64,000 nt of DNA from Terriglobales bacterium (lineage in GTDB: Bacteria; Acidobacteriota; Terriglobia; Terriglobales; Acidobacteriaceae): assembly GCA_036557105.1 (NCBI GenBank), contig DATBIE010000108.1, forward strand, positions 17,928-81,927. Direction: 5' to 3'. This document shows, in pieces, positions 19,012 to 27,387 of this stretch (its first letter is position 1; the number at the start of each line of letters is the position of its first letter). Both the position numbers and the translations under genes were made by a program. Under the pieces are notes generated by a model that saw only the letters and a list, made by a program, of their open reading frames with translations, had not been told where the DNA came from and searched no databases.

Positions 19012-20475
19012 ATGAGTCCGTGGGGTTCCCTTGGCGCTGGACGCTTTTGTTCGAAGCTCGTCTGGTTCTCGCCGATTCTGCTGGTCTTCGTACTGATTGC
19101 GTTCTTGCCGCCTGAGGGCAAAGAAGGGGCCCACTGGATCCAGTTCATCGGGCGCTTTCATTTGCTGGTTGTGCACTTCCCAATCGCCCTGATCCTTCTG
19201 GTGCCGGTGCTGGAGGTTGTTGGCAGGTTCCAGCGATTTTCCTACTTGCGTCTTTCTTCGGGCTTCGTTCTTGGCGTCGCGACCATGGCGGCCATCGTTG
19301 CCGCGTTTCTCGGATGGTGTTTGGCTCGTACCGGTGGTTACTCAGGCACGCTGGTCACACAACACATGTGGGGCGGTGTTGGGCTAACGGCTATCTGCTG
19401 GTTGTGCTGGATACTACGAGGGTGGACCGGCGAACCTAACGCGCAAAAATATTACGCGGCTGCGTTGACCGCCGGCGTTCTTCTCGTTTCCTGGACTGGA
19501 TATCGTGGCGGCCAGATTTCACAAGGTGAAGATCACCTTACGGAGTACATGCCTCTATTTCTGCGCCATGCGATTGGATTACCGGACAACACGCCTTTGG
19601 CGCTGGCAACGGCGGACAGTTTTTATACGCTGCGCGTGCAACCGATTTTTGCAGACCGATGCGTGACTTGCCACGGTCCTAAAAAGCAAAAGAGCGGCTT
19701 GCGCCTCGACTCCTACGGCTGGGTAATGCGGGGCGGCAAGCACGGCGCGGTCTTAAAGGCTGGCAATGCGCAAGGCAGCGATCTGTTTCGAAGAATCACG
19801 CTTTCCCCGGATCACGATGACTTCATGCCAAAGGGAAAGAAGCAACCTGTGCCGCCGGATCAATCAAAACTGATCGAGCTATGGATTGGCGCAGGCGCCT
19901 CCGGCACTCTTCCGCTGACTGCAATGAAGAATCTCCCCACCGGACGTTCGATTGCTGCGGCGCCGATCCAGGTCTCTTTCCCGGAAATTAATCCTCTGGC
20001 AGTTGCAAAGGCGCGAGAGAGTTTTGCTGCTGCTGTGGCACAACTGCAAAAGAAATTTCCCAACATCCTTGACTATGAGTCTCGGGGCTCGGCCGATCTG
20101 GTTTTGAACGCCTCGCTACTCGGCTCGAAGTTTGGCGACAGCGACTTGCAATCGTTTGCCACAGTCGCTGAGCACATTACTGTCGCCGATTTTTCCCGAA
20201 CAGCAATTACGGACCACGCAGCTTCCGCGATCGCCACAATGAAGCGCCTTCGCGATCTGCGGTTGGGACAGACGAAGATCACGGATGCGACTGTAAAAGC
20301 GCTGATTGGCTGCGATCAACTTCAATCGCTGAATGTTTACGGCACGGAAGTGACGGCCGCCGCGCTGCCATTGCTGGAAAAACTCCCCAAGCTCGAGCAC
20401 TTCTACGCGGGACAGACCGCGATTTCTCCAGGAATCACCGTTCCCCAACGTTTAACCGGCAAATTGGTCTTGTAA
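19012..20475 (+). CDS. Polytopic membrane protein with a periplasmic CxxCH (PSCyt-type) domain and leucine-rich repeats (module A, gene 3)
   Basis: ORF 18979..20475 has a TTG start, and I use ATG 19012. About five TM helices with a DUF2231-like HFPIAL motif, then FADRCVTCHGPKKQKSGLRLDS. The C-terminus has LRR-like repeats (LRDLRLGQTKITDATVKAL, LQSLNVYGTEVTAAALPLL). Confidence 0.75.
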   Translation: MSPWGSLGAGRFCSKLVWFSPILLVFVLIAFLPPEGKEGAHWIQFIGRFHLLVVHFPIALILLVPVLEVVGRFQRFSYLRLSSGFVLGVATMAAIVAAFLGWCLARTGGYSGTLVTQHMWGGVGLTAICWLCWILRGWTGEPNAQKYYAAALTAGVLLVSWTGYRGGQISQGEDHLTEYMPLFLRHAIGLPDNTPLALATADSFYTLRVQPIFADRCVTCHGPKKQKSGLRLDSYGWVMRGGKHGAVLKAGNAQGSDLFRRITLSPDHDDFMPKGKKQPVPPDQSKLIELWIGAGASGTLPLTAMKNLPTGRSIAAAPIQVSFPEINPLAVAKARESFAAAVAQLQKKFPNILDYESRGSADLVLNASLLGSKFGDSDLQSFATVAEHITVADFSRTAITDHAASAIATMKRLRDLRLGQTKITDATVKALIGCDQLQSLNVYGTEVTAAALPLLEKLPKLEHFYAGQTAISPGITVPQRLTGKLVL

Positions 20476-20719
20476 ATCGGTTGTCTCGATAGGTCGCGTA
20501 ACCTTCGCTACTCTTGGCAGTTGATGCAGCATGGGCGACACGAAGTGCCCCAAGACGCCAGAGTGGGGATGCCTGAACGACGACTTGTTCGAGCGGTTCT
20601 GAATTGTTTTGTAACGGCTAGGCATCTCACGCCACCATCCTATTAGCAAGAGCACCCAACCGAACCAATTCCAATGTTCGGCCCTGACCCAGAACACTTC
20701 CCGATTGCGAGGAGAGACT

Positions 20720-21559
20720 ATGAATTGGCAATGCATCCTAGTGGCTTGCCTGATGACTGCCGCCTGCTTTGCGCAGCAAGAAAAGGAACCGCCTCGTTCC
20801 AGCGAGCCTGCAATCGCAACTCGTCCAAGCGAACAGGACAAGGCACGCGCCGCTGCAAAAGCGCCAGCCTTGAATGTTTCGGAGCAGGATGCTGCCAAGG
20901 CAGCGGCCGCGTTCCTTGACTGGGCGGGTGCTTCGCCTGCGGGTCAGCGCGAAGACGTCCGCCGCATGCTTGAGCAGGCGCGCGAGTACAAAGCGATTGC
21001 CGCTGCCTTCTGCGATGAAGCGAACCGCACCGCCGAGTCTGATTTCACGCGCTCTCTTCTCGCGCTATCACTTCTGGGTGAGATGCGCAGTCCAGCCGGC
21101 GCGGATTGCTTCCAGAAGTTGCTACACCGCCCACTTCCAGAAAAGGGAATCGTTGCAAACGGTGAAAACGTGGAGCAGACAAAGTTGGCCATGCTCCAGG
21201 CGAAGGCCGTCGATGGCCTGGCGTATCTGCGTACAGCCGCGACCGACCGCGAGGTCCTGTGGGCGGTCGGCAAGCACCCTTCGCGGATCGTTCGCGCCGA
21301 AGCCATCGAGGCTTATTTGTGGAACCACAAGGATTCCAACGAAGCCCGTGACACTCTGCTGAAGTACGTTCAGCCGAAAGAAAGAATCTTTGTCGATCGG
21401 GTACGCAGGGAACCTACCGAGGAAGCTGCGGTATTCAACCGCAAGCTGACCGCATTTCTGAAAGCCCATCCGGAGGCGGTTGCCCCTGTTCCAAAGCGGA
21501 TCGAACAAAAAGCTGAACCGGCAAAGCCACCCAAAGAAGATGAACCACCGGTCCGTTGA
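20720..21559 (+). CDS. Secreted alpha-helical (HEAT-like) hypothetical protein
   Basis: Lies inside ORF 20705..21559. ATG 20720 follows GGAGAG. Signal peptide MNWQCILVACLMTAACFAQQ. Ala/Glu/Leu-rich helical repeats and a Pro/Lys/Glu tail. I recognise no family. Confidence 0.6.
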   Translation: MNWQCILVACLMTAACFAQQEKEPPRSSEPAIATRPSEQDKARAAAKAPALNVSEQDAAKAAAAFLDWAGASPAGQREDVRRMLEQAREYKAIAAAFCDEANRTAESDFTRSLLALSLLGEMRSPAGADCFQKLLHRPLPEKGIVANGENVEQTKLAMLQAKAVDGLAYLRTAATDREVLWAVGKHPSRIVRAEAIEAYLWNHKDSNEARDTLLKYVQPKERIFVDRVRREPTEEAAVFNRKLTAFLKAHPEAVAPVPKRIEQKAEPAKPPKEDEPPVR

Positions 21560-21595
21560 ATCATTCGGTCGAGTAAATCATTAAAGGAGCTGATT

Positions 21596-22459
21596 ATGAC
21601 GAATTCCTGGAAAGTGAAATTGGCGGTTTGCCTGACGGTGTTGTTCTCGACCGTCGCCATGAGAGCTAACTGTAATCAAACGACCGCGAGCCAGGCTGAC
21701 AAAGATCTTTGGAACACGCACGGATGCTGGCAGGATTTTTTCCTGTGGCAATATCAGGCCTACGATATGCGCGGGTCAGACTGGGGTTCACGCGGCTGGA
21801 ACGATGCCTGCAACGTCAACAAGGAATATCCCAAGCACTGGAACGCTTCTTACCTGCTCACCTATGGACTGCAGGACAATTGGCAATTTTCATTTCACGG
21901 CACGGTGGACTATCGCGCAACCGCCGAGCGGTGGGACAACCAGTTTCATGATGACCTCTATCACACGGCCACCGACGACACCAGCATATTCGGCGCTTTC
22001 ACCACTCACTTCTTTGGTCCGAACGAGGTGCAGACCTCGTGTTTGCTTTATGACCCAAATCTCGCGACCAACGCTAACCCAGGCTCCCGAGCCGGCGATT
22101 TCAACCATGAAGGCTGGCACGCCTGGATGGACAAGTACAACTGGGACAACGGATCGTGCGGCGGACACCGCTGCGGAACTCCCGGAAACTGCACGGCCAA
22201 AGACGCATGCGATTACTTCTACTTTCACGGTATTGGCGCCTATGCCTTTGGCGCCATGTGGGAGAACAATGGCACGGCGAGCCGCTTCCACTCTCCCAAC
22301 CAGGTGCAAGTGGAATTCTTGTGCGATGTTGCGGACTATCCACAGTCGTGGGTGCCGAACAGCGTGCGATTGGCTGCCAAATCCGATGCCAACACGCGCG
22401 CATCGACGCGGTTCATCAACGGCCCGGGATATTTTTGCGGAGACCCGCGACCCTGGTGA
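21596..22459 (+). CDS. Secreted Cys/Trp/His-rich hypothetical protein with an HExxH motif
   Basis: ORF 21596..22459. AAAGGAG lies 7 nt upstream of the ATG, which is 36 nt after the previous gene. Signal peptide KLAVCLTVLFSTVAMRA. The mature part has 10 Cys and 15 Trp. HEGWH is encoded at 22106..22120. Confidence 0.65.
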   Translation: MTNSWKVKLAVCLTVLFSTVAMRANCNQTTASQADKDLWNTHGCWQDFFLWQYQAYDMRGSDWGSRGWNDACNVNKEYPKHWNASYLLTYGLQDNWQFSFHGTVDYRATAERWDNQFHDDLYHTATDDTSIFGAFTTHFFGPNEVQTSCLLYDPNLATNANPGSRAGDFNHEGWHAWMDKYNWDNGSCGGHRCGTPGNCTAKDACDYFYFHGIGAYAFGAMWENNGTASRFHSPNQVQVEFLCDVADYPQSWVPNSVRLAAKSDANTRASTRFINGPGYFCGDPRPW

Positions 22460-22520
22460 TCGGGGACAAGCTTTGGCTATCTGGATCGCGCGACTTACGC
22501 GCTATTCGCGCGAGTTCCAC

Positions 22521-22562
22521 TTGACAAACAAGTGAAGCGTAGTAGTCTCTCATGAGAGAGAC
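22521..22562 (+). promoter_or_regulatory. Putative PadR promoter/operator: TTGACA plus a 7-bp inverted repeat
   Basis: TTGACA at 22521..22526 is followed 16 nt later by a weak -10 (TAGTCT). A perfect inverted repeat GTCTCTC-ATGA-GAGAGAC occupies 22545..22562, directly upstream of the ATG at 22570. Confidence 0.4.
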
Positions 22563-22569
22563 CACTTGG

Positions 22570-22917
22570 ATGTCTAATAAAGAAAAAGAATCAATTCAGC
22601 TGTTGCAGGGGACCCTGGATCTCATCGTTTTGCGCACACTCGCGACGATGGGCCCACAACACGCTTATCAAATTGCCACGCGGCTCGAGCAAATCTCTGA
22701 TCGGCTACTCAACCTCAACCAGGGCACTCTCTATCCGGCATTAGTACGGCTGGAGCAGTACGGGTGGATAAAGGGAACCTGGGGAAGGACCGAGAGCAAC
22801 CGGGAAGCCAAATACTACGCAATCACCAAAGCGGGACAGAAAGCCTTAGGCGAGGAGACACAGGCGTGGAGAAGAATGTCGGCTCTAGTGGAACGGCTCT
22901 TGCTTGAGGAATCTTAG
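22570..22917 (+). CDS. PadR-family transcriptional regulator
   Basis: Lies inside ORF 22552..22917. ATG 22570 is preferred because ATG 22552 lies in the loop of the palindrome. The PadR winged helix reads [31 protein letters not shown]...[21 protein letters not shown]. Confidence 0.85.
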   Translation: MSNKEKESIQLLQGTLDLIVLRTLATMGPQHAYQIATRLEQISDRLLNLNQGTLYPALVRLEQYGWIKGTWGRTESNREAKYYAITKAGQKALGEETQAWRRMSALVERLLLEES

Positions 22918-22919
22918 CC

Positions 22920-25637
22920 ATGAAGAACCTGAGACGCTTCTTTCTTAGATTTTATCTGCTCTTCGCCAACTCCAAAGTGGAAGCGGAACTGGCAAGAGAA
23001 ATTGGCACGCATCTGGCGTTGCTCGAAGATGAATATCTGCGCCAGGGTATGACCCATGAGGATGCTCGACGGGCGGCCAGACTCGCCTATGGAGGCGTGG
23101 AGCAGGCGAAGCAACTGCATCGCGATGAGCGAGGGTTTCAGGGGCTGGGCCAGATTCTGCAAGACACTCGATATACCTTTCGCCAACTGCGTAAGTCTCC
23201 CGGATTCACGGCGGCGGCCATCCTGATGCTGGCGCTGGGCATTGGGGCGACGACGGCGATTTTTTCCATTGTCGAGGGAATACTTCTGCGCCCGCTACCG
23301 TTCCCCGACCCTGGTCGTCTGGTCATCCTGGGAGATGTGCTTGAAGGTTCCCACTGCACGTCCTGCGCTCACTCCAGCGTAACCGCTCCCGACATCCGCA
23401 ACTACATGCGCGACACACAGAGCTTCAGCAACCTGGGTGGTTATCGGCAAAGATTGTTCGAACTATCCGGCACCGGCGAGCCTGCGGCGGTGAATGCGAC
23501 GCGCATGAGCGGCGAGGTCTTTGCCGCGCTGGGAGTGCCACCGCTGCTGGGACGCAAGTTCACGCAACACGAAGATGAAGAACAGCAGCAAGTGGCGGTG
23601 CTGAGCTATGGCATGTGGCAGAACCGCTTCCACGGCGATGCGAACGTGCTGGGCAGCAAGATCTTTCTCTACCGCAAGCCTTACACCGTGATCGGTGTGA
23701 TGCCTCGCGATTTCGAGTTTCCGCTCAACCCTGGGCATGTGAATCAGAGCGAGCTTTGGCTTCCGCTCAGCCTGCAACCGGAGGCATTTTCGGCGGGCAG
23801 CGCGGTGTCGTGGAACTCACGCATGGTTGGGCGCTTAAAGCCCGGCATCACTGTCGAGCAGGCGCAGAGCGATGCGCAGCGAGTCGCCCGGGAGACGATG
23901 GAGGACTATCCGGCCTACATGGGCAGCCTGCGTATTCACGCGGTGGTGACCCCGCTGCAGGAGGATACAGTAGCGCAGGCGCGACCCCTGGTGCGTACCC
24001 TTTTCTTTGCAGTGATCGTTGTTCTGCTGATCGTCTGTGCAAACCTGGCAGGGCTTTTGCTGGTGCGCGCCATTCGCAGAAGAAGAGAGATCGCGGTGCG
24101 GCTCGCCCTGGGTGCTCGTGCTGGCACATTACTCCGACAGGCGATCGTGGAAAGCATGGTCTTGAGTATCACCGGTGGCGCGATCGGGCTGGCATTGGCG
24201 GCTGGCGCTCTTCGGGTGGGCGTAAGCCGGCTACCGCAGACATTACCGCGCATCAACGAGATCGGCCTGGACTGGCCGGTCATGTTCTTCGCACTGGGAC
24301 TGACGCTGCTGACCGGCTTCCTGTGCGGATTGGCTCCGGCATTTGCGGCAACCAGGACGAGCGTGAATGAGACGCTCAAAGAAGGCGGACGCGGCGGCGC
24401 CTCGGGCAGCGGACATGCCAGACTACGTTCGGTGCTGGTGGCGGCGGAGATTGCTGTGGCGCTTACCCTGCTCACGGCCTCCGGCCTATTGCTGCGCAGC
24501 TTCGAAAAGATGCGCGACGTGAAACTGGGCTTCCGCCCCGACAAGACTCTCGCTGCGCTCTACGTGTTGCCGCACCAGCGGTATGGAACGCAATCCGCGA
24601 TCGACGAATTCACGAAGACTCTGCTGACCGATCTAGGAGAGTTGCCTGGCGTGGACGCCGTTGGCATCACTTCGTTTTTGCCTGCGGGCGGTAATAACTG
24701 GAGCATAGCTTTCACGATCGAGGGCTATGTTCCTCCCAAAGGCGCGGGGTTGAATATGGCGGCGATGTCGCTGGTGGAGAGCGATCCCTTCGAAGCGCTG
24801 GGCATTCGGCTGCTCCGCGGGCGCGTCTTTACCGAATCGGATAACGCCGGCTCACAGTTGGTGGCTATCGTGAATCGAAAGATGGCCGAGCGCTACTGGC
24901 CAGGCCAGGACCCGATCGGCAAACGGCTGCGCAGGGGTTTGGCGGAGACCTCCACGCCGTGGATGACGGTGGTGGGCGAAGTCGATGACGTCAAACTGGG
25001 ATCGCGGGATGCGGAGACGATGCCACAGGTATATCAGCCGGTAACACAGTCTGTCGCCAGTGAGGGCGTTTTGGCCTCTGTCGGGGAATTGAGCGGCGCC
25101 GACGGCTGGATCGTTCTGCGCACCCGTATGGCTCCGGAGCAGATGGAAGATACGGTGCGCGCAACCGTACGGAAAATTGACCCGCAGTTGCCGCTCTACC
25201 AGACGCAGACGATGGAGCACGCGATCTCGAAGAGTGAGGCGCCGCGACGCTTCAACACCATTCTCATCTCCTCGTTTGCCATCGCTGCAGTGCTGCTAAG
25301 TGTTCTCGGGATCTATGGCGTGATTGCGTTCTCCGTGGCATTGCGCGAACAGGAAATGGCGGTGCGCATGGCCCTTGGCTGCCAGCGCTCCGGATTGGTC
25401 CTGTTCATCCTAAGTTCCGGCGCCAAGCTCGCGGCTGTTGGCTGTGGCTTGGGCTTGCTTGGCGCCGTGGCCGCATCCCATTTGCTGCGTTCTTTTCTGT
25501 TTGAAGTGAGCCCGTTTGATCCGGGTGTGCTTGCACTTTGTACCATAGCAATGCTGCTGCTGGCGCTCGCAGCTTCTGCACTACCGGCCAGGCGCGCATC
25601 GAGTACGGATCCCATGCTGGCTTTGCGAGGCGAATAG
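22920..25637 (+). CDS. Duplicated MacB-like/FtsX permease without an ATPase (ADOP-type orphan permease)
   Basis: ORF 22920..25637 (905 aa) starts 2 nt after PadR. It has two MacB_PCD + FtsX halves, and no ABC ATPase gene is nearby. The PadR pairing is typical of the acidobacterial ADOP family. Confidence 0.9.
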   Translation: MKNLRRFFLRFYLLFANSKVEAELAREIGTHLALLEDEYLRQGMTHEDARRAARLAYGGVEQAKQLHRDERGFQGLGQILQDTRYTFRQLRKSPGFTAAAILMLALGIGATTAIFSIVEGILLRPLPFPDPGRLVILGDVLEGSHCTSCAHSSVTAPDIRNYMRDTQSFSNLGGYRQRLFELSGTGEPAAVNATRMSGEVFAALGVPPLLGRKFTQHEDEEQQQVAVLSYGMWQNRFHGDANVLGSKIFLYRKPYTVIGVMPRDFEFPLNPGHVNQSELWLPLSLQPEAFSAGSAVSWNSRMVGRLKPGITVEQAQSDAQRVARETMEDYPAYMGSLRIHAVVTPLQEDTVAQARPLVRTLFFAVIVVLLIVCANLAGLLLVRAIRRRREIAVRLALGARAGTLLRQAIVESMVLSITGGAIGLALAAGALRVGVSRLPQTLPRINEIGLDWPVMFFALGLTLLTGFLCGLAPAFAATRTSVNETLKEGGRGGASGSGHARLRSVLVAAEIAVALTLLTASGLLLRSFEKMRDVKLGFRPDKTLAALYVLPHQRYGTQSAIDEFTKTLLTDLGELPGVDAVGITSFLPAGGNNWSIAFTIEGYVPPKGAGLNMAAMSLVESDPFEALGIRLLRGRVFTESDNAGSQLVAIVNRKMAERYWPGQDPIGKRLRRGLAETSTPWMTVVGEVDDVKLGSRDAETMPQVYQPVTQSVASEGVLASVGELSGADGWIVLRTRMAPEQMEDTVRATVRKIDPQLPLYQTQTMEHAISKSEAPRRFNTILISSFAIAAVLLSVLGIYGVIAFSVALREQEMAVRMALGCQRSGLVLFILSSGAKLAAVGCGLGLLGAVAASHLLRSFLFEVSPFDPGVLALCTIAMLLLALAASALPARRASSTDPMLALRGE

Positions 25638-25799
25638 GAAGATGCCGGATCATGCATATTAAGAAATATTCTGATTGCCGGCCGAGTCATAGGAATTCGG
25701 AAATCAATTGTTGTAGTTAGCTGCTCCCGTGTTTACGCGAATTTGCATTCACCAAAGTCCAGGGTGAAGGGTGTTCTACGACCACAACTATCTCCTCGC

Positions 25800-27362
25800 T
25801 TAAACGTAGTCGAACAGAGTCATAAAGCCAAAATCCATGTGCAGCTGTTGATGGCAATGGAACAGAGTCATGCCTGGATTGTCGGCTACGAAGTTAACTT
25901 CCGCTTCTTGATAGCCTCCGAGCATCATGACGTCTTTCATAACGCCAGCGGTCGGTTTTCCGGCCAACCTTGTCAATTCAAAACTGTGCCGATGCAAATG
26001 GATTGGGTGAATATCGTCGCTTGCATTGCGCATTCGAAGGCAATAGAGCTTGCCTTGTTTCAGGTGGAAGGCGGCGGGCACTGGGTCTTCAGTCATCGGA
26101 TACCCGACTCCATTGATGGTCCAGCGGTTGAAACCTTCTTCAGCTGCGTTCTCTTTGGCGAATATCATTTCGATCGTCTCGTCAGGAGAGGAAGCGCTAG
26201 CGCCTGTTTTCGCAAATCGTGAATAGCTCCACTTGAATGGTGGCGGAGCAATCCACTTCGGATTCCCATGACGGCCTGCATATTCAACGATAATTCCCAT
26301 TCCGTGCCCTCGATCACCGTCGTCCAGGTCGCCGAGGATCCAAACGCCGGGGTGATTCATATGAACGATTGCCGATACGCGTTCTGCAGTGCCAATCCAC
26401 AGCACAGGAACTGCGGCGGGATTCGGGACGCGATTTCCATCCAGCGCGAGCACCTGAAACGAATGTCCGGGCAATGCCAGGCTGCGAATTTCAGTAGCAC
26501 TCCCGTTCAGGACGTGGAAGAGCACTCGTTCCCCTTGTTTCACACGAACGGGTTCTCCGTGGCCCAGCATTCGTCCATTCATAGTGAATGATCGATAGCC
26601 AACCTCGAAGCCATGCGGCATGCCCTTGGCGAGAGAGGCCTCCATCGACGATTCACCGGCTTGTTTCAATTCTTTATTCGGAGAGGTCTGAAGAAAATCC
26701 TGCGCCATGTCTCCGCCGCGACTGAAGCTCGGCTCGAACTCCTTGAGCGTAAGAAAGACCTCGCGATCGTATTCGCCGGCCTCGTGAGCAGGCTCAATGT
26801 AGACTGGCCCCACCTCGCCGCCGTATTGACCCGCAGCAAGATTTGCACCGGCTCGGTTATGTGTGTGGTAGAAGCGAAAACCTGAGGGCCCAGGGGTGAA
26901 AGTAATCTGACGCTTGCCATGTGCGGGAATAAAGGGGGTACCTTCCTCCGCCGCTCCGTCTACAGCGACTGGCACTTTTTGACCGTGCCAGTGAAGTTGT
27001 TCAGGCGTGTCCGTATCGTTGTAAATATCCACGGTGACTTGCCGACCCTCTTTAAAGCGAAGAAGAGGGCCGGGGAACTGCCCGTTATAGGTGATGGCCG
27101 AGATGATCTTCTTAGGTGCTATCTCAATAGGAGAACTCTTGATGTGAAGAGTGTATTCTGCAGCTTCATCCTGACCGGCGAGAACAGACCCCACCCTGCC
27201 CTTGATCGTATAAGAAATTCCGATGCCAGTTAATGCTCCAGCGCCCGCCAGGAATTTGCGGCGCGAAATGGAAGTTAAAGCCCTGCAGGCATCCTTCTGA
27301 GGTATTGTCTGCCCATTGCCCATTTCATGATTGTAGATAACAGGCGTTGTCAACCCCAACAC
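25800..27362 (-). CDS. TAT-exported multicopper oxidase
   Basis: ORF 25800..27362 with a GTG start, alternative ATG 27323. TAT signal SRRKFLAGAGALTG. Copper motifs HWHG, YHTHN, HPIHLHRH and HCHQQLHMDFGFM. Confidence 0.85.
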   Translation of the reverse strand: MLGLTTPVIYNHEMGNGQTIPQKDACRALTSISRRKFLAGAGALTGIGISYTIKGRVGSVLAGQDEAAEYTLHIKSSPIEIAPKKIISAITYNGQFPGPLLRFKEGRQVTVDIYNDTDTPEQLHWHGQKVPVAVDGAAEEGTPFIPAHGKRQITFTPGPSGFRFYHTHNRAGANLAAGQYGGEVGPVYIEPAHEAGEYDREVFLTLKEFEPSFSRGGDMAQDFLQTSPNKELKQAGESSMEASLAKGMPHGFEVGYRSFTMNGRMLGHGEPVRVKQGERVLFHVLNGSATEIRSLALPGHSFQVLALDGNRVPNPAAVPVLWIGTAERVSAIVHMNHPGVWILGDLDDGDRGHGMGIIVEYAGRHGNPKWIAPPPFKWSYSRFAKTGASASSPDETIEMIFAKENAAEEGFNRWTINGVGYPMTEDPVPAAFHLKQGKLYCLRMRNASDDIHPIHLHRHSFELTRLAGKPTAGVMKDVMMLGGYQEAEVNFVADNPGMTLFHCHQQLHMDFGFMTLFDYV

Positions 27363-27387
27363 GTATCAGAAATCGCCTGCCATGGCC

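Noticed and set aside
20452-20898. A 148-aa minus-strand ORF spans the intergenic region after module A and overlaps the start of the secreted helical-repeat gene.
   Set aside because: It overlaps a well-supported signal-peptide gene start on the other strand, and it has low-complexity Ala/Ser/Cys composition and no recognisable domain. I cannot fully exclude that the C-terminal part is a small membrane peptide.
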